64,000 nt of DNA from Gammaproteobacteria bacterium Ga0077536 (GTDB lineage: Bacteria > Pseudomonadota > Gammaproteobacteria > Ga0077536), in NCBI GenBank assembly GCA_001464935.1, contig LNEL01000054.1:21407-85406 (forward strand). The letters run 5' to 3'. The notes beneath the pieces are model-generated. The model was not told the origin of the DNA. It did no database searches and saw only the letters and a list, made by a program, of their open reading frames with translations. The position numbers and the translations under genes are program-made. How positions within the stretch are numbered: position 1 is the stretch's first letter; each line of letters begins with the position of its first letter. Below are positions 38,352 through 48,074 of the stretch, piece by piece.

Positions 38352-40613
38352 CTACAACCGGCTGACGAACGTCACGATGCGCTGATGCGTCTCGCCGATG
38401 TTCTCGTTGACGATGCCGTGGCGGCGCGTCGGTACCCAGTGCAGTGACTTGTCGACGCTGCCAATCCGCTCGAAGACCTGCTGCGCACTCTGCGGGTCGA
38501 CGACGTGATCCTCGTCGCCCTGCAGGATCAGCGCGGGACAGCGCACGGCCGGCAGCTGCTCCCTCAGATGCGCGACCATGCGCGTCAGTTCGTACAGGCC
38601 GCGAACGGGCATGTGCCGGTAGTTGATGTCCGGGTGTTCGGGATCGTTGGGTCGGAACGGCAGCACGCCCTCGTGGCTCGACACCCATTCGATCAGCTGG
38701 TTGGCGCCATGCACGAACGGCACGAAGCGCATGTTGCGATTGCGGAAGCGCAGCGGCGTCGAGCACGCGACAACGCCCTTGAGCCCGGCCGGCGCGCCGG
38801 CCGCATGCAGCAGGCTCAGGGCCGCGCCGGTCGAGAAGCCGACGAGACAGATCTCGTCGCAGTAGCCGCCCAGGATCTCGTAACCGCGCGCGATGCTCGC
38901 GAGCCAGTCGCGCCAGGCACGTTCGCGCAGATCCCACGGCGAAGTGCCATGGCCCTTCAGGCGTACCGCCAGCACGCGGAACTGCGCCTGCACCAGCCGC
39001 TCGGCCAGCGGCCGCACTTCGGCCGGTGAGGCGAGGAAGCCGTGAGCGAGCAGCACGCCGATCCGTTGCGGGCGCGCCGGATGCAGCAGATATGGCGTGG
39101 CATCGGCGGTCGCCGACTCGCGCGCGTTGATCTCGCGATGTTTCTGCTTGTTGAACAGCCGGCGATCCCATTCATGTTCGATGCGGATGTCGTCGAACGC
39201 GAGATCGGCGAAGTCGCGCGCCGTGTGTGCGTCATGGGCAGCAAAGGCCGATGCCACGGCCTGCCGCACCTCGGGCAAGGGTTCGACCTCGTTCGCATAG
39301 ACTTCGATCGGGTTCTCGAGCCGGATGCTGTCGAAGTCGTGATCCTGGCGCAACTTTTCGAGCAGACGGATCGAGCCGTCCTGCAGTTCGATCAACTGCG
39401 CGCTGGCGGCCGCCTGCAGGAACTCGCGCAGCTCCGTCGACTCGCCGTCGATGAGCTGGCGATAGATGTGCGGGTTGTAGAGACTGCGATGCAGGTGGAT
39501 ATGGCTGCTCGGCTGCAGCTTCTTGAGCGCGAGATAAATCATCCGCGCCAGCCGCTGCTGCCCGAGGCTGGTGGCGCCGTGCTCGAGGGCCACCAGCAGC
39601 AGGCGCGCCGCGAGGTGGCTCATGTTCACCGTGACTTCGCGATAGATGTCGCGCATGTATCGGTCGCGCAGCGCGTCGACGGAATGATTGAGACGGCGCG
39701 CGGCGAGACGCCGCAGCGTCGAATGCGTCAGGTACTCGCGCGAGTAGATGGCGTCCAACGACGGCAGTCCGCGCGCGATCAGTCGCGCCGACTGGCGTTC
39801 CAGCCAGCGCCAGTGTGCGTCGGCGCGCACCGGATCACCGAGGCGGATGTCCATGTCGGTGGCCTTGAAGAACAGGTTGCCCTCGACGATCAGTTCCTCG
39901 ATCGCACGTGGCGACAGCTTGCCGAACACCAGATCCGCGCCCCGGCGCAGGAAGTTGTCGTCCACACGCAGCGGGTAGAACGTGATGTTGGCGGGCACCA
40001 CCGTCACCGGTCGGCGCGCGCGCTCGATCAGCAGCTGCGTCGACGGCAGACCCAGCGCCTCTGCCCAATGCTCGACGTCGGCCTGTCGCCCGCGCTCGAG
40101 CCGCTCGAGCACGGCCTGCTTGAACACCTGCAAACCCACCGCCAGCCGCGCGGCACCCGAATGATGTTTGCGCCGTGCACGGGCCGAACGCGAGTACACG
40201 CTGTAATCGCCGTTGGCATCGATGACCTGGCGGTCCTTGACCATCCCGCCCTCGGGGAAGATCACGATCTTGCGACCTTTGAGGATGTCGATCGCCAGCA
40301 GGCTCAGCAGATCCGGGTGATCGTTGGGCACCGCGCCGACATCGCGCAGCAGCCCCGCGAGCCGGGCGCTGCCGCGGAAGAACTCGGCCGACGCCACCGA
40401 GCGGCAGAGCGCGCCGGTGGCTTCATAGATGCAGTACTGGGGAATGAAGGTTTCGGCGCGGGCGAAATGGTTGAACAGGAAGATGTCACCGGCGTCGATC
40501 TGGCCCTCGTTGTGATGCAGCAGGATCCGGACGCCGAGCAGCTTCTTCGCCCGCTCGAACAACCGGACACACCAGTCATAGACCGGCTGATTCAGATCGT
40601 AATAATCCTGCAT
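38352..40613 (-). CDS. Two-domain protein: N-terminal PlsC-like acyltransferase domain fused to C-terminal alpha/beta-hydrolase (lysophospholipase-like) domain
   Basis: N-terminus: LLHHNEGQIDAGDIFLFNHFARAETFIP (H-x4-E variant of the HX4D acyltransferase motif) and FPEGGMVKDR (motif III). C-terminus: HGFLASPAEVRPLAERL...LVGFSTGAALSL nucleophile elbow, ...GDEDHVVD. Start MQDYYDL chosen. Confidence 0.55.
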   Translation of the reverse strand: MQDYYDLNQPVYDWCVRLFERAKKLLGVRILLHHNEGQIDAGDIFLFNHFARAETFIPQYCIYEATGALCRSVASAEFFRGSARLAGLLRDVGAVPNDHPDLLSLLAIDILKGRKIVIFPEGGMVKDRQVIDANGDYSVYSRSARARRKHHSGAARLAVGLQVFKQAVLERLERGRQADVEHWAEALGLPSTQLLIERARRPVTVVPANITFYPLRVDDNFLRRGADLVFGKLSPRAIEELIVEGNLFFKATDMDIRLGDPVRADAHWRWLERQSARLIARGLPSLDAIYSREYLTHSTLRRLAARRLNHSVDALRDRYMRDIYREVTVNMSHLAARLLLVALEHGATSLGQQRLARMIYLALKKLQPSSHIHLHRSLYNPHIYRQLIDGESTELREFLQAAASAQLIELQDGSIRLLEKLRQDHDFDSIRLENPIEVYANEVEPLPEVRQAVASAFAAHDAHTARDFADLAFDDIRIEHEWDRRLFNKQKHREINARESATADATPYLLHPARPQRIGVLLAHGFLASPAEVRPLAERLVQAQFRVLAVRLKGHGTSPWDLRERAWRDWLASIARGYEILGGYCDEICLVGFSTGAALSLLHAAGAPAGLKGVVACSTPLRFRNRNMRFVPFVHGANQLIEWVSSHEGVLPFRPNDPEHPDINYRHMPVRGLYELTRMVAHLREQLPAVRCPALILQGDEDHVVDPQSAQQVFERIGSVDKSLHWVPTRRHGIVNENIGETHQRIVTFVSRL

Positions 40614-40777
40614 GCCCTGCTCATCACCTTGTCGCGTCCCAGTGTAGGCTATTGCCTCGGGCGAGGGCATCCGAGCGCGGCCAGCATCGACACCGGGCGA
40701 ACGCCGGGCCGTTGCCACTGGCGAACGGCAGACGCCCGGCCGCCACACGCAGCAGACGACACGAGGAGCGAAAGACT

Positions 40778-41269
40778 ATGGCAGGCGACAAGGATCACGA
40801 CACGCATTCAATCGACGCCGCACCGCTGTCTGGCGCGCGGCGCACCTGGCTGCTGGGCGCCGGCGCGTTGAGCGCGGCTGCCGTGCTGGGGAGCGCGCGC
40901 GCCGAAGAGGCTGCACACGCCCACCACGCGATGGAGGCTGCCGGCCGGGGCCTGATCGACGCCGCGAGCCACTGCATCGAAGAGGCCGAAATCTGCGATC
41001 AGCATTGCCTGGAGATGTTCCGCCAGGGCGATACCACGCTGGCCGAGTGCGCCCAGCGCGTGCGCGAACTGGCCGCGATGTGCACGGCGGCGCGCCAGCT
41101 TGCCGTGCAGTCCTCGCCGCGCCTGGGCGCGTTGCTCGACGTCTGCAGCGCGAGCTGTGAGGCCTGCGAGCAGGAGTGCCGCAAACACGAGGCAGCGCAC
41201 GCGATCTGCAAATCGTGCGCAGACGCCTGCGTGGCAATGGTCGAGGCGATCAAGGCACACCAGGCCTGA
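40778..41269 (+). CDS. Tat-exported Cys-rich four-helix-bundle protein (DUF326 / copper-storage Csp-like)
   Basis: Start MAGDK follows AGGAGCG RBS. Twin-arginine motif SGARRTWLLGAGAL. 12 Cys in paired CxxxC-type helical motifs (HCIEEAEICDQHC, CSASCEACEQEC, CKSCADAC). Confidence 0.55.
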   Translation: MAGDKDHDTHSIDAAPLSGARRTWLLGAGALSAAAVLGSARAEEAAHAHHAMEAAGRGLIDAASHCIEEAEICDQHCLEMFRQGDTTLAECAQRVRELAAMCTAARQLAVQSSPRLGALLDVCSASCEACEQECRKHEAAHAICKSCADACVAMVEAIKAHQA

Positions 41270-41310
41270 GCCGCCGGTGACTGCGGCCGGGCCGCCGTCA
41301 CGCACACGCT

Positions 41311-42384
41311 TCAAGCCGAGTCATCGCCCGCCTGCTGGCGTTCGATGGCCCAGTCGATGTGCTCGCGCACCAGCGGGCTCGCGCTGTCACGCGCGGTGCG
41401 AAGCGCCCCGAGCGCGGCGTTCGAGGCCGGCGCGTTGCCGAGGGCCACGGCGAGATTGCGCCGCCACTGCTCGAAGCCGATGCGACGCATCGCCGAACCT
41501 TCAGTGCGTTCGGTGAAGTCCCGTGCGGTCCACGCGAAGAGCTCGAGCAGGCTTGCCGTCGTCAGGTCGTGACGCGGCCTGAATTCCGGTTCCGTGCTCT
41601 GTTTTGCATAGCGGTTCCACGGACAGTACAGCTGGCAGTCGTCGCAGCCGTAGACCCGGTTGCCGATCAGCGGGCGCAGCTCGGGCGGGATGGTGCCCTT
41701 CAGTTCAATCGTGAGGTAGCTGATGCAGCGTCGCGCATCGAGCACATACGGCGCGACGATCGCTGCGGTCGGGCACACCTCGATGCAGCGCGTGCAGGTG
41801 CCGCAATGATCCTGCGTGTGCGGAACATCCGGGGGTAGCGCGAGATCGGTGTAGATCTCGCCGAGGAAGAACCACGAACCGTCGTGCCGGTTGATGAGAT
41901 TGGTGTGCTTGCCGATCCAGCCCAGCCCCGCGTTGCGCGCGAGCGGTTTCTCGAGCACCGGCGCGCTGTCGCTGAACACGCGGTAGCCGAAAGGTCCGAT
42001 CGCGGCCTCGATCCGGGTAGCGAGCTTCTGCAAACGCCCGCGCATCACCTTGTGGTAATCGCGACCCACCGCGTAGCGCGACACGTACGCAAGCGAAGGG
42101 TCGGCAAGCTGTCGGATTGCCGCGGCCTGTGGCTCCGGCAGGTAGTCGAGGCGCGCGCTGATCACGCTCAGCGTGCGCGGAATCAGTTCCGCCGGCCGGC
42201 TGCGCCGTGTGCCGTGCGCGGTGAGGTAGTGCATGTCGCCGTGATACTGCGCGGCGAGCCACTGCTCGAGTTTCGCTGCGTCCGCGTCGAGATCGATGCC
42301 CGTGATCCCGGTCTGCTGAAAGCCCAGTTCACGCGCCCAGGCGGTGATGCCTGCCTTGAGTCCGTCGACGTCAATCGTCGCCAT
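41311..42384 (-). CDS. queG: Epoxyqueuosine reductase
   Basis: Two 4Fe-4S ferredoxin motifs CGTCTRCIEVCPT and CDDCQLYCPWN plus QueG N-terminal domain. Start MATIDVDG. Confidence 0.85.
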   Translation of the reverse strand: MATIDVDGLKAGITAWARELGFQQTGITGIDLDADAAKLEQWLAAQYHGDMHYLTAHGTRRSRPAELIPRTLSVISARLDYLPEPQAAAIRQLADPSLAYVSRYAVGRDYHKVMRGRLQKLATRIEAAIGPFGYRVFSDSAPVLEKPLARNAGLGWIGKHTNLINRHDGSWFFLGEIYTDLALPPDVPHTQDHCGTCTRCIEVCPTAAIVAPYVLDARRCISYLTIELKGTIPPELRPLIGNRVYGCDDCQLYCPWNRYAKQSTEPEFRPRHDLTTASLLELFAWTARDFTERTEGSAMRRIGFEQWRRNLAVALGNAPASNAALGALRTARDSASPLVREHIDWAIERQQAGDDSA

Positions 42385-43165
42385 CGGCGTCAAGGCCGGC
42401 CGGCACGCTGCCACCGTCGGCGAGCCCCGTGCGCGCACACACGGCGGCCCACAGCGCGGCGAAGGCGCGCGCGCCCGGGCTGCTCGCCGCGAAGGTCTGC
42501 ACCGGCGCGCGCTGCTCGCCCATCTTCTCGACCTGGCTGGTATAGGGGATGAAACTGCGCAGTACCTCGGGGTGATCCGCCGCGAAGTTCGTGACCAGTT
42601 CGCAGTGCAGCTGACGGCGACGATCGACCATCGAAAAGAACGGCAGCAGCTTGTCGACCGGCAGCTTCTGCTGCTGGCAGAACTCCCGCAGCTGACGATA
42701 GGCGCGCACCGACAGCGGCGTCGGGATCACCGGCACGAGCAGCCAGTCGGCGACATTGAACACGTTTTCGGAGACGCGCGAGAGGTGCGGTGCGCAGTCC
42801 AGGATCACGATGTCGTAGGTCGCGGCGAGCGGCGCGAGCAGTTTTTCGAGCCGCTTCGTCGGCTTCTTCAGATCGTTGAGTGCAATGTCGAGATTGCGGT
42901 AGCTGAAGTCGGCCGGCAACAGATCGAGATTCGGATAGTCGGTGCCGCAAATCGCCGCGCCCAGATCGTGCTTCTTGTCGAGCAGGTGATCGAGGTCGTC
43001 GCGCACGGTCGGCTCGATGCGGAAATAGAAGCCGGCCGCTCCCTGCGGATCGAGATCCCAGACCAGCGTGCGATGTCCGGCGAGACTGGCGCAGTACGCA
43101 AGATTGACCGCGGCCGCGGTCTTGCCGACGCCGCCCTTGATGTTGTAGGTCGCGAAAACGATCAT
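42371..43165 (-). CDS. ParA/MinD-family P-loop ATPase
   Basis: Deviant Walker A YNIKGGVGKTAAAVNLAY. LVWDLDPQG. ILDCAP. 14-nt overlap with the queG start. Confidence 0.75.
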   Translation of the reverse strand: MIVFATYNIKGGVGKTAAAVNLAYCASLAGHRTLVWDLDPQGAAGFYFRIEPTVRDDLDHLLDKKHDLGAAICGTDYPNLDLLPADFSYRNLDIALNDLKKPTKRLEKLLAPLAATYDIVILDCAPHLSRVSENVFNVADWLLVPVIPTPLSVRAYRQLREFCQQQKLPVDKLLPFFSMVDRRRQLHCELVTNFAADHPEVLRSFIPYTSQVEKMGEQRAPVQTFAASSPGARAFAALWAAVCARTGLADGGSVPAGLDADGDD

Positions 43166-43172
43166 GCGGGCA

Positions 43173-44705
43173 TCATGGCTGTTCGAGCAGACGCCTGTAA
43201 ATGCGCTGCGTCGCCGGCAGGCGGAAGTGATCGAAGGCCCGCGTCACGAGTTCGCAGTGTGCATGTTCGAGCGCGGTCAGCCGGGTTTCGAGGCCGATGA
43301 CGACCGGCAGCACCGCGCGGGCCCGCGCGTCGTCGCCCGGCAAGGCGGCGGCCAGCTCGCGCAGCAGGGCGTGGTGCACGTGCAGGTCCCAGGTGTCACC
43401 CATCGCGGTCTGCACTTTTTTCAATTCGACGATCGCGCGTCGGCACAGCGTCGCATCGAAAAGCCGCTGGAAGCCTTCGAGCAGATAGCGCAGCTTTTTG
43501 CATTCCTTGCGCAGCTCGTGCAACACGGCGGGCTCATCCTGCGCCCGCGACCAGTCGAAGTTGACGACACGCGCGTGCCGCCGACGCAGGGCCTCGAGCA
43601 CCACGGCGTGCAGTCGTGCGTCGCCCCGTCGGCCGGTCTGGCGGCCGCGCGCCAGATCCGTCGCCAGCGCCTGCCAGCGTCGTCGGAACGCCCGATAGTG
43701 ATGGCTGCGAAAATGCTTCACCACTGCCCGCCGCGCGCGGTCGCGTGCAGCGCCGACGAGCGCCGCCAATGCGGCAGCCTGCGTTGCGTGCGTGCCGCCC
43801 CCCTCGGCGAGATAGACCGGCAGTTGTTCGGCGAGCACGTCGAGATCGCGCAGGCGGCCGGTGATGCGGTTCAATTCGGCGAGTTCGGTGCGCCCACGCG
43901 CCCGTGCCGACTTTGCGACCACCTTGCGCAGATCCCCGTGCCACGAGCGGATGCTGCGCAGCGCGACCCGGTAGTCGTGCAGGAATTCGGTATCGAGATT
44001 GTCGATGATGCCGGGCTCGTTGGCCCACATCACTTCACCGTAGGCCTCGAACAGCGCCGCGAGGGCGGCCGCCGCGGGCATCCCGCGGTCCAGTTCGACG
44101 AGCGGTTTCGCGCGACAGGGGGCAGGAGCGCCCAGCGCCGCGAGCAGCGTGTCGCCCGGGTCCTCCGTGAGCGCGGTGACGAGCTTGCTGCGCGTCAGGT
44201 GGCCCAGGAGGCGTGCGCACGCGCGCTCGAAACCCTGCACCGGCCGGATCGTCAGCAGGGCCAGCGCTGCCTGGCCGCGGCGGATGCGATAGACCTCGAG
44301 GTCGACGGTGGCGATGCGTTTGGCGTGGGCGTCGTGCCATACCAGGCGATGCCGCTCGCAGGACGCCGTGCCGCGCACGAGCAGGGCGCGCTGCTCGGTG
44401 ATTCGTTCGAGCCGTGCGCGCAGCCGCGGGCGCTCGATGTCGCAGGCCAGGTGCGGCAGTTGCGCCGCCGGCCAGGTGTCGCCGCGCGGGTCGCCCGCCT
44501 CGCGCAGGCTGAGCTCGAGCGCGCCCTTCTTGTCCTGCGCCGCTTCGAGCACGAGCCCGGCGTCGGCGAGGCGGCCGTCGAAGGTGTCGAGCAGGCTTCG
44601 TTTGAGGCGTCGCGCGCCGTCCCGGCGCGCATGTCCAAGCGCGGCCAGCAGCTCGAGCAGCGCTGCGGGTGCGGCCGCTTCGTTCAATCGGTAATGCCAG
44701 CGCAT
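43173..44705 (-). CDS. CYTH-CHAD two-domain protein (YgiF-like inorganic triphosphatase / polyphosphate-granule phosin-like)
   Basis: N-terminal CYTH-like region (about 200 aa). C-terminal His/Arg-rich helical CHAD region (HDYRVALRSIRSW...HDLRKECKKLRYLLE). Ends 7 nt before the ParA-like gene. Confidence 0.6.
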   Translation of the reverse strand: MRWHYRLNEAAAPAALLELLAALGHARRDGARRLKRSLLDTFDGRLADAGLVLEAAQDKKGALELSLREAGDPRGDTWPAAQLPHLACDIERPRLRARLERITEQRALLVRGTASCERHRLVWHDAHAKRIATVDLEVYRIRRGQAALALLTIRPVQGFERACARLLGHLTRSKLVTALTEDPGDTLLAALGAPAPCRAKPLVELDRGMPAAAALAALFEAYGEVMWANEPGIIDNLDTEFLHDYRVALRSIRSWHGDLRKVVAKSARARGRTELAELNRITGRLRDLDVLAEQLPVYLAEGGGTHATQAAALAALVGAARDRARRAVVKHFRSHHYRAFRRRWQALATDLARGRQTGRRGDARLHAVVLEALRRRHARVVNFDWSRAQDEPAVLHELRKECKKLRYLLEGFQRLFDATLCRRAIVELKKVQTAMGDTWDLHVHHALLRELAAALPGDDARARAVLPVVIGLETRLTALEHAHCELVTRAFDHFRLPATQRIYRRLLEQP

Positions 44706-44915
44706 CGCCGTCTCAATGGCGCCAGGCGGAGGCGCGGCCGGCGGGCGGCCAGCACACCAGGTGGCTCATACATCCTCGCGGGCGTTGTCGTTATCGGGTC
44801 AGGGGCGGCCCAATCATAGCCCGAGGTCCGGCCTCGCCGTCACCTTGGCGCAGCCGCGGGGAAGCGGAGGGCGATTCCGGCCCCGGGGGCTGGCGTCAGC
44901 CCGGGTGGCGCACCC

Positions 44916-46325
44916 TCAAAGGTGCTGCACGGCGTAATCGGCGAGTCGCGAGCGCTCACCGCGCATCAGCGTGACGTGGCCGCCGTGGGTCCAGTCCTTG
45001 AAGCGGTCGACGGTGTAGGTCAGGCCGGAGGTGGTTTCGCTGAGATAGGGGGTGTCGATTTGCGAGATGTTGCCGCAACACACGATCTTCGAGCCGGCGC
45101 CGGCGCGGGTGATCAACGTGCGCATCTGCTTCGCGGTCAGGTTCTGCGCTTCGTCGATCACGATGTAGCGCGAGAAGAAGGTGCGGCCCCGCATGAAGTT
45201 CATCGAGCGGATCTTCACGCGGCTCGCGAGCAGATCGGCGGTCGCGGCGCGGCCCCAGTCGCCGCCCTCCTGCGTTTCGGACAGCACCTCGAGATTGTCC
45301 ATCAACGCGCCCATCCAGGGCGTCATCTTTTCTTCCTCGGTGCCGGGCAGGAAGCCGATGTCCTCGCCCAGCGGCACCGTTTCGCGCGTGACGACGATCT
45401 CGCGATAGCGCTTCATGTCGAGTGACTGGGCGAGGCCTGCGGCCAGCGCGAGCAGTGTCTTGCCGGTGCCGGCGGCGCCGAGCAGCGTCACGAAGTCGAT
45501 CTCGGGGTCCATCAGCAGGTTCAGCGCGAAGCTCTGTTCGCGGTTGCGCGCCGTCATGCCCCAGACCGCGTTGCGGCTGTGCCGGAAGTCCCGCGCGCGC
45601 TCGAAAATGACCCGGCCGTCTTCGATGCGGCGGGCGATCAGCTCGAGCCCGTCCTCTTCGGCCGTGTACAGGAATTCGTTCGGGTAGAAGTGTTCGAACC
45701 GGTCAGCCGGGACGGAGTAGTAGGTGCGGGCCTCGTCCTGCCAGCATTTCAGTTCATTGCCCTGGCGCTCCCAGAAGTCCGCCGGCAGCTCGCGCGTGCC
45801 GGTGTAGAGCAGGGAGATGTCGTCGAGCACCTTGTCGTTGTAGTAATCCTCGGCCGACACGCCGATGACTCGCGCCTTGATGCGCAGGTTGATGTCCTTG
45901 GACACCAGTGTGACATCCGTGCCCGTGTGCTGGTCGCGCAGCGCCAGCGCAGTGCCGAGGATGCTGTTGTCGGGTGTATTGCCGGGCAGGCCGGTCGGCA
46001 TCGCGCCATCGAGGATGCTCGTCTGCAGGAACAGGCGGCCGCTCGGGGGCTGGCCGGCCATGCCCTTTTCGGGGCTCGGCAGCGCGAGTCCGGCTTCGAT
46101 CCGGTTGCGGTCGGCATCGGCGATCAGCTCGTCGATGAAGCGGCTGACCTGGCGGGCATTGCGCGCGACTTCGGAAACCCCTTTTTTTGCCGAATCGAGC
46201 TCTTCGAGCACCATCATCGGCACGAAGATATCGTGTTCCTTGAAGCGGAAGACAGCGCTCGGGTCGTGCAGGAGCACATTGGTGTCGAGGACGAACAGGC
46301 GCTTGCCTGTCTTGCGGGCGATCAT
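44916..46325 (-). CDS. PIN-PhoH fusion protein (PhoH2-type RNA helicase/RNase)
   Basis: N-terminal PIN (VLDTNVLLHD...MVLEELD). C-terminal PhoH ATPase (LGAAGTGKTLLALAAGL, IVIDEAQNL). Confidence 0.8.
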   Translation of the reverse strand: MIARKTGKRLFVLDTNVLLHDPSAVFRFKEHDIFVPMMVLEELDSAKKGVSEVARNARQVSRFIDELIADADRNRIEAGLALPSPEKGMAGQPPSGRLFLQTSILDGAMPTGLPGNTPDNSILGTALALRDQHTGTDVTLVSKDINLRIKARVIGVSAEDYYNDKVLDDISLLYTGTRELPADFWERQGNELKCWQDEARTYYSVPADRFEHFYPNEFLYTAEEDGLELIARRIEDGRVIFERARDFRHSRNAVWGMTARNREQSFALNLLMDPEIDFVTLLGAAGTGKTLLALAAGLAQSLDMKRYREIVVTRETVPLGEDIGFLPGTEEEKMTPWMGALMDNLEVLSETQEGGDWGRAATADLLASRVKIRSMNFMRGRTFFSRYIVIDEAQNLTAKQMRTLITRAGAGSKIVCCGNISQIDTPYLSETTSGLTYTVDRFKDWTHGGHVTLMRGERSRLADYAVQHL

Positions 46326-46354
46326 CGGCGCATGGTCCCGGCTTCAGCCGGCAT

Positions 46355-46915
46355 TCACTTCACCGGCTCCATGATGGCATCGAGATTCAGGTGGTCGCAG
46401 AAATCCATGAACTCGCCGCGCAGGCCCGCAATCGACACGTTCGTCGGCACGCTGATGGTCATGTGCAGCGAGAACATCGGCGTGGCCGTATGGGCGGCGG
46501 CATAGGACCCGGAGTACATGTCCTCGACCCCGATGTCGCGCTGGGCGAAGAACTGCGTGATTTCGTGGACGATACCCACGTGATCGACCGACACCACTTC
46601 GATCGCATAGGGCATCAGGTCGCCCTGACGACGGCGCGGTTCGGTGCGCTGGGCAATGGTTTTGACCTGCAGCTGGTTCTCCAGGCGGGACAGCATGCTT
46701 TCGATCTTGGCGATCGAGTCCCAGGTGCCGGACAGCAGCATCATCAGGGTGAAGCGGTCGCCGAGGACGGTCATGCGGCTGTCTCCGATGCTGCAACCGC
46801 AGTCCTTGATGGCCTTGGTGAAGGCCTCGATCAGCCCATGCCGGTTGGCACCCATCACGGAGACCGCGATGTGGTTCTGCTGGGTTTCAGGTGGGGGCCG
46901 GGTGCTGGATCTCAT
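46355..46915 (-). CDS. gcvR: Glycine cleavage system transcriptional repressor GcvR (tandem ACT domains)
   Basis: Two ACT-like domains (HIAVSVMGANRHGLIEAF...; IEVVSVDHVGIVHEIT...). Divergent from dapA as in E. coli. Confidence 0.7.
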   Translation of the reverse strand: MRSSTRPPPETQQNHIAVSVMGANRHGLIEAFTKAIKDCGCSIGDSRMTVLGDRFTLMMLLSGTWDSIAKIESMLSRLENQLQVKTIAQRTEPRRRQGDLMPYAIEVVSVDHVGIVHEITQFFAQRDIGVEDMYSGSYAAAHTATPMFSLHMTISVPTNVSIAGLRGEFMDFCDHLNLDAIMEPVK

Positions 46916-47100
46916 GGACGCGAAACATTGTGCATGGACACGGCTGCAGCCCGCAAGCAGACAAGCGTGTACGCCGCTCCGGACCCTCGCGCCGCGGCGT
47001 CGTCACGGCTGTGCAAAGACGGAATTGCGAGGCGGCTCATTAACTTGAGTTAGCGCAGGGCTGAGGCTACTATGCACGACCGTTTGCGCAGGGCAGGGGC

Positions 47101-48003
47101 ATGAGTCGATTTCGGGGCAGTATGGTTGCGATCGTGACGCCGATGCAGGGCGGCGTATCGCCCGACGCCGCGATTGACTGGGACGCCCTCGCGCGCCTCG
47201 TCGAGTTCCACATCGCGGAGGGCACCGATGCCATCGTCGCGGTGGGCACGACGGGCGAATCGGCGACACTCGACGAGGCCGAGCACTGCGAAGCCATCCG
47301 CCGCGTGGTCGGCATGGTCAATGGCCGGGTGCCCGTGATTGCCGGGACCGGCGCGAACGCGACGACCGAAGCCATCCATCTGACCGAGTGTGCGAAGCGC
47401 GCAGGGGCCGATGCCTGCCTGCTCGTGACGCCGTACTACAACAAGCCGACCCAGGAAGGTCTCTACCTGCACTACAAGGCAGTGGCCGAGGCGGTCGACA
47501 TCCCGCAGATCCTGTACAACGTGCCGGGACGCACCGCGTGCGACATGCAGCCGGAAACCATTGGCCGCCTGTCCGGTCTGCGCAACATCATCGGCGTCAA
47601 GGAAGCCACCGGCGAGGTGGCGCGGGTCGCGAAGCTGCGTGAACTGTGCGGCCCGGATTTCCTGCTGCTGAGCGGCGACGACGCGACCGCACGCGAATTC
47701 ATGCTGGCCGGCGGGCACGGCGTGATCTCGGTGACGGCGAACGTCGCGCCGAAGGCGATGCACGAACTCTGCGTCGCGGCGATGGCCGGCGAGGCAGCGG
47801 CGGCGAGCCGCATCGATGCCCCGCTCGCGGCGCTGCATCGCGATCTGTTCTGCGAGTCGAACCCGATCCCGGTCAAGTGGGGGGTGCATGCGATGGGCCT
47901 CATCGGCACCGGTATCCGCCTGCCGCTGACCTGGTTGTCCAAAGCCGGTGAACCGAAAGTGCGCGCTGCGATGCGCGAGGCCGGCATCCCACTCGTCATC
48001 TGA
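47101..48003 (+). CDS. dapA: 4-hydroxy-tetrahydrodipicolinate synthase
   Basis: [19 protein letters not shown], and the active-site Lys region GVKEATG. Confidence 0.9.
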   Translation: MSRFRGSMVAIVTPMQGGVSPDAAIDWDALARLVEFHIAEGTDAIVAVGTTGESATLDEAEHCEAIRRVVGMVNGRVPVIAGTGANATTEAIHLTECAKRAGADACLLVTPYYNKPTQEGLYLHYKAVAEAVDIPQILYNVPGRTACDMQPETIGRLSGLRNIIGVKEATGEVARVAKLRELCGPDFLLLSGDDATAREFMLAGGHGVISVTANVAPKAMHELCVAAMAGEAAAASRIDAPLAALHRDLFCESNPIPVKWGVHAMGLIGTGIRLPLTWLSKAGEPKVRAAMREAGIPLVI

Positions 48004-48074
48004 GCGCAGTTGCGCACACCGTGCCGGCTTCACCGCCCGCCCGAACCGAATTCGCCTTGAGGTCACCACAGTCT

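Noticed and set aside
38505-40871. Plus-strand ORFs 38505..39029 and 39042..40871
   Set aside because: Antisense to the acyltransferase/hydrolase fusion, which has clear catalytic motifs.
43164-44819. 551-aa plus-strand ORF
   Set aside because: Antisense to the CYTH-CHAD gene. Arg/Ala-rich with no domains.
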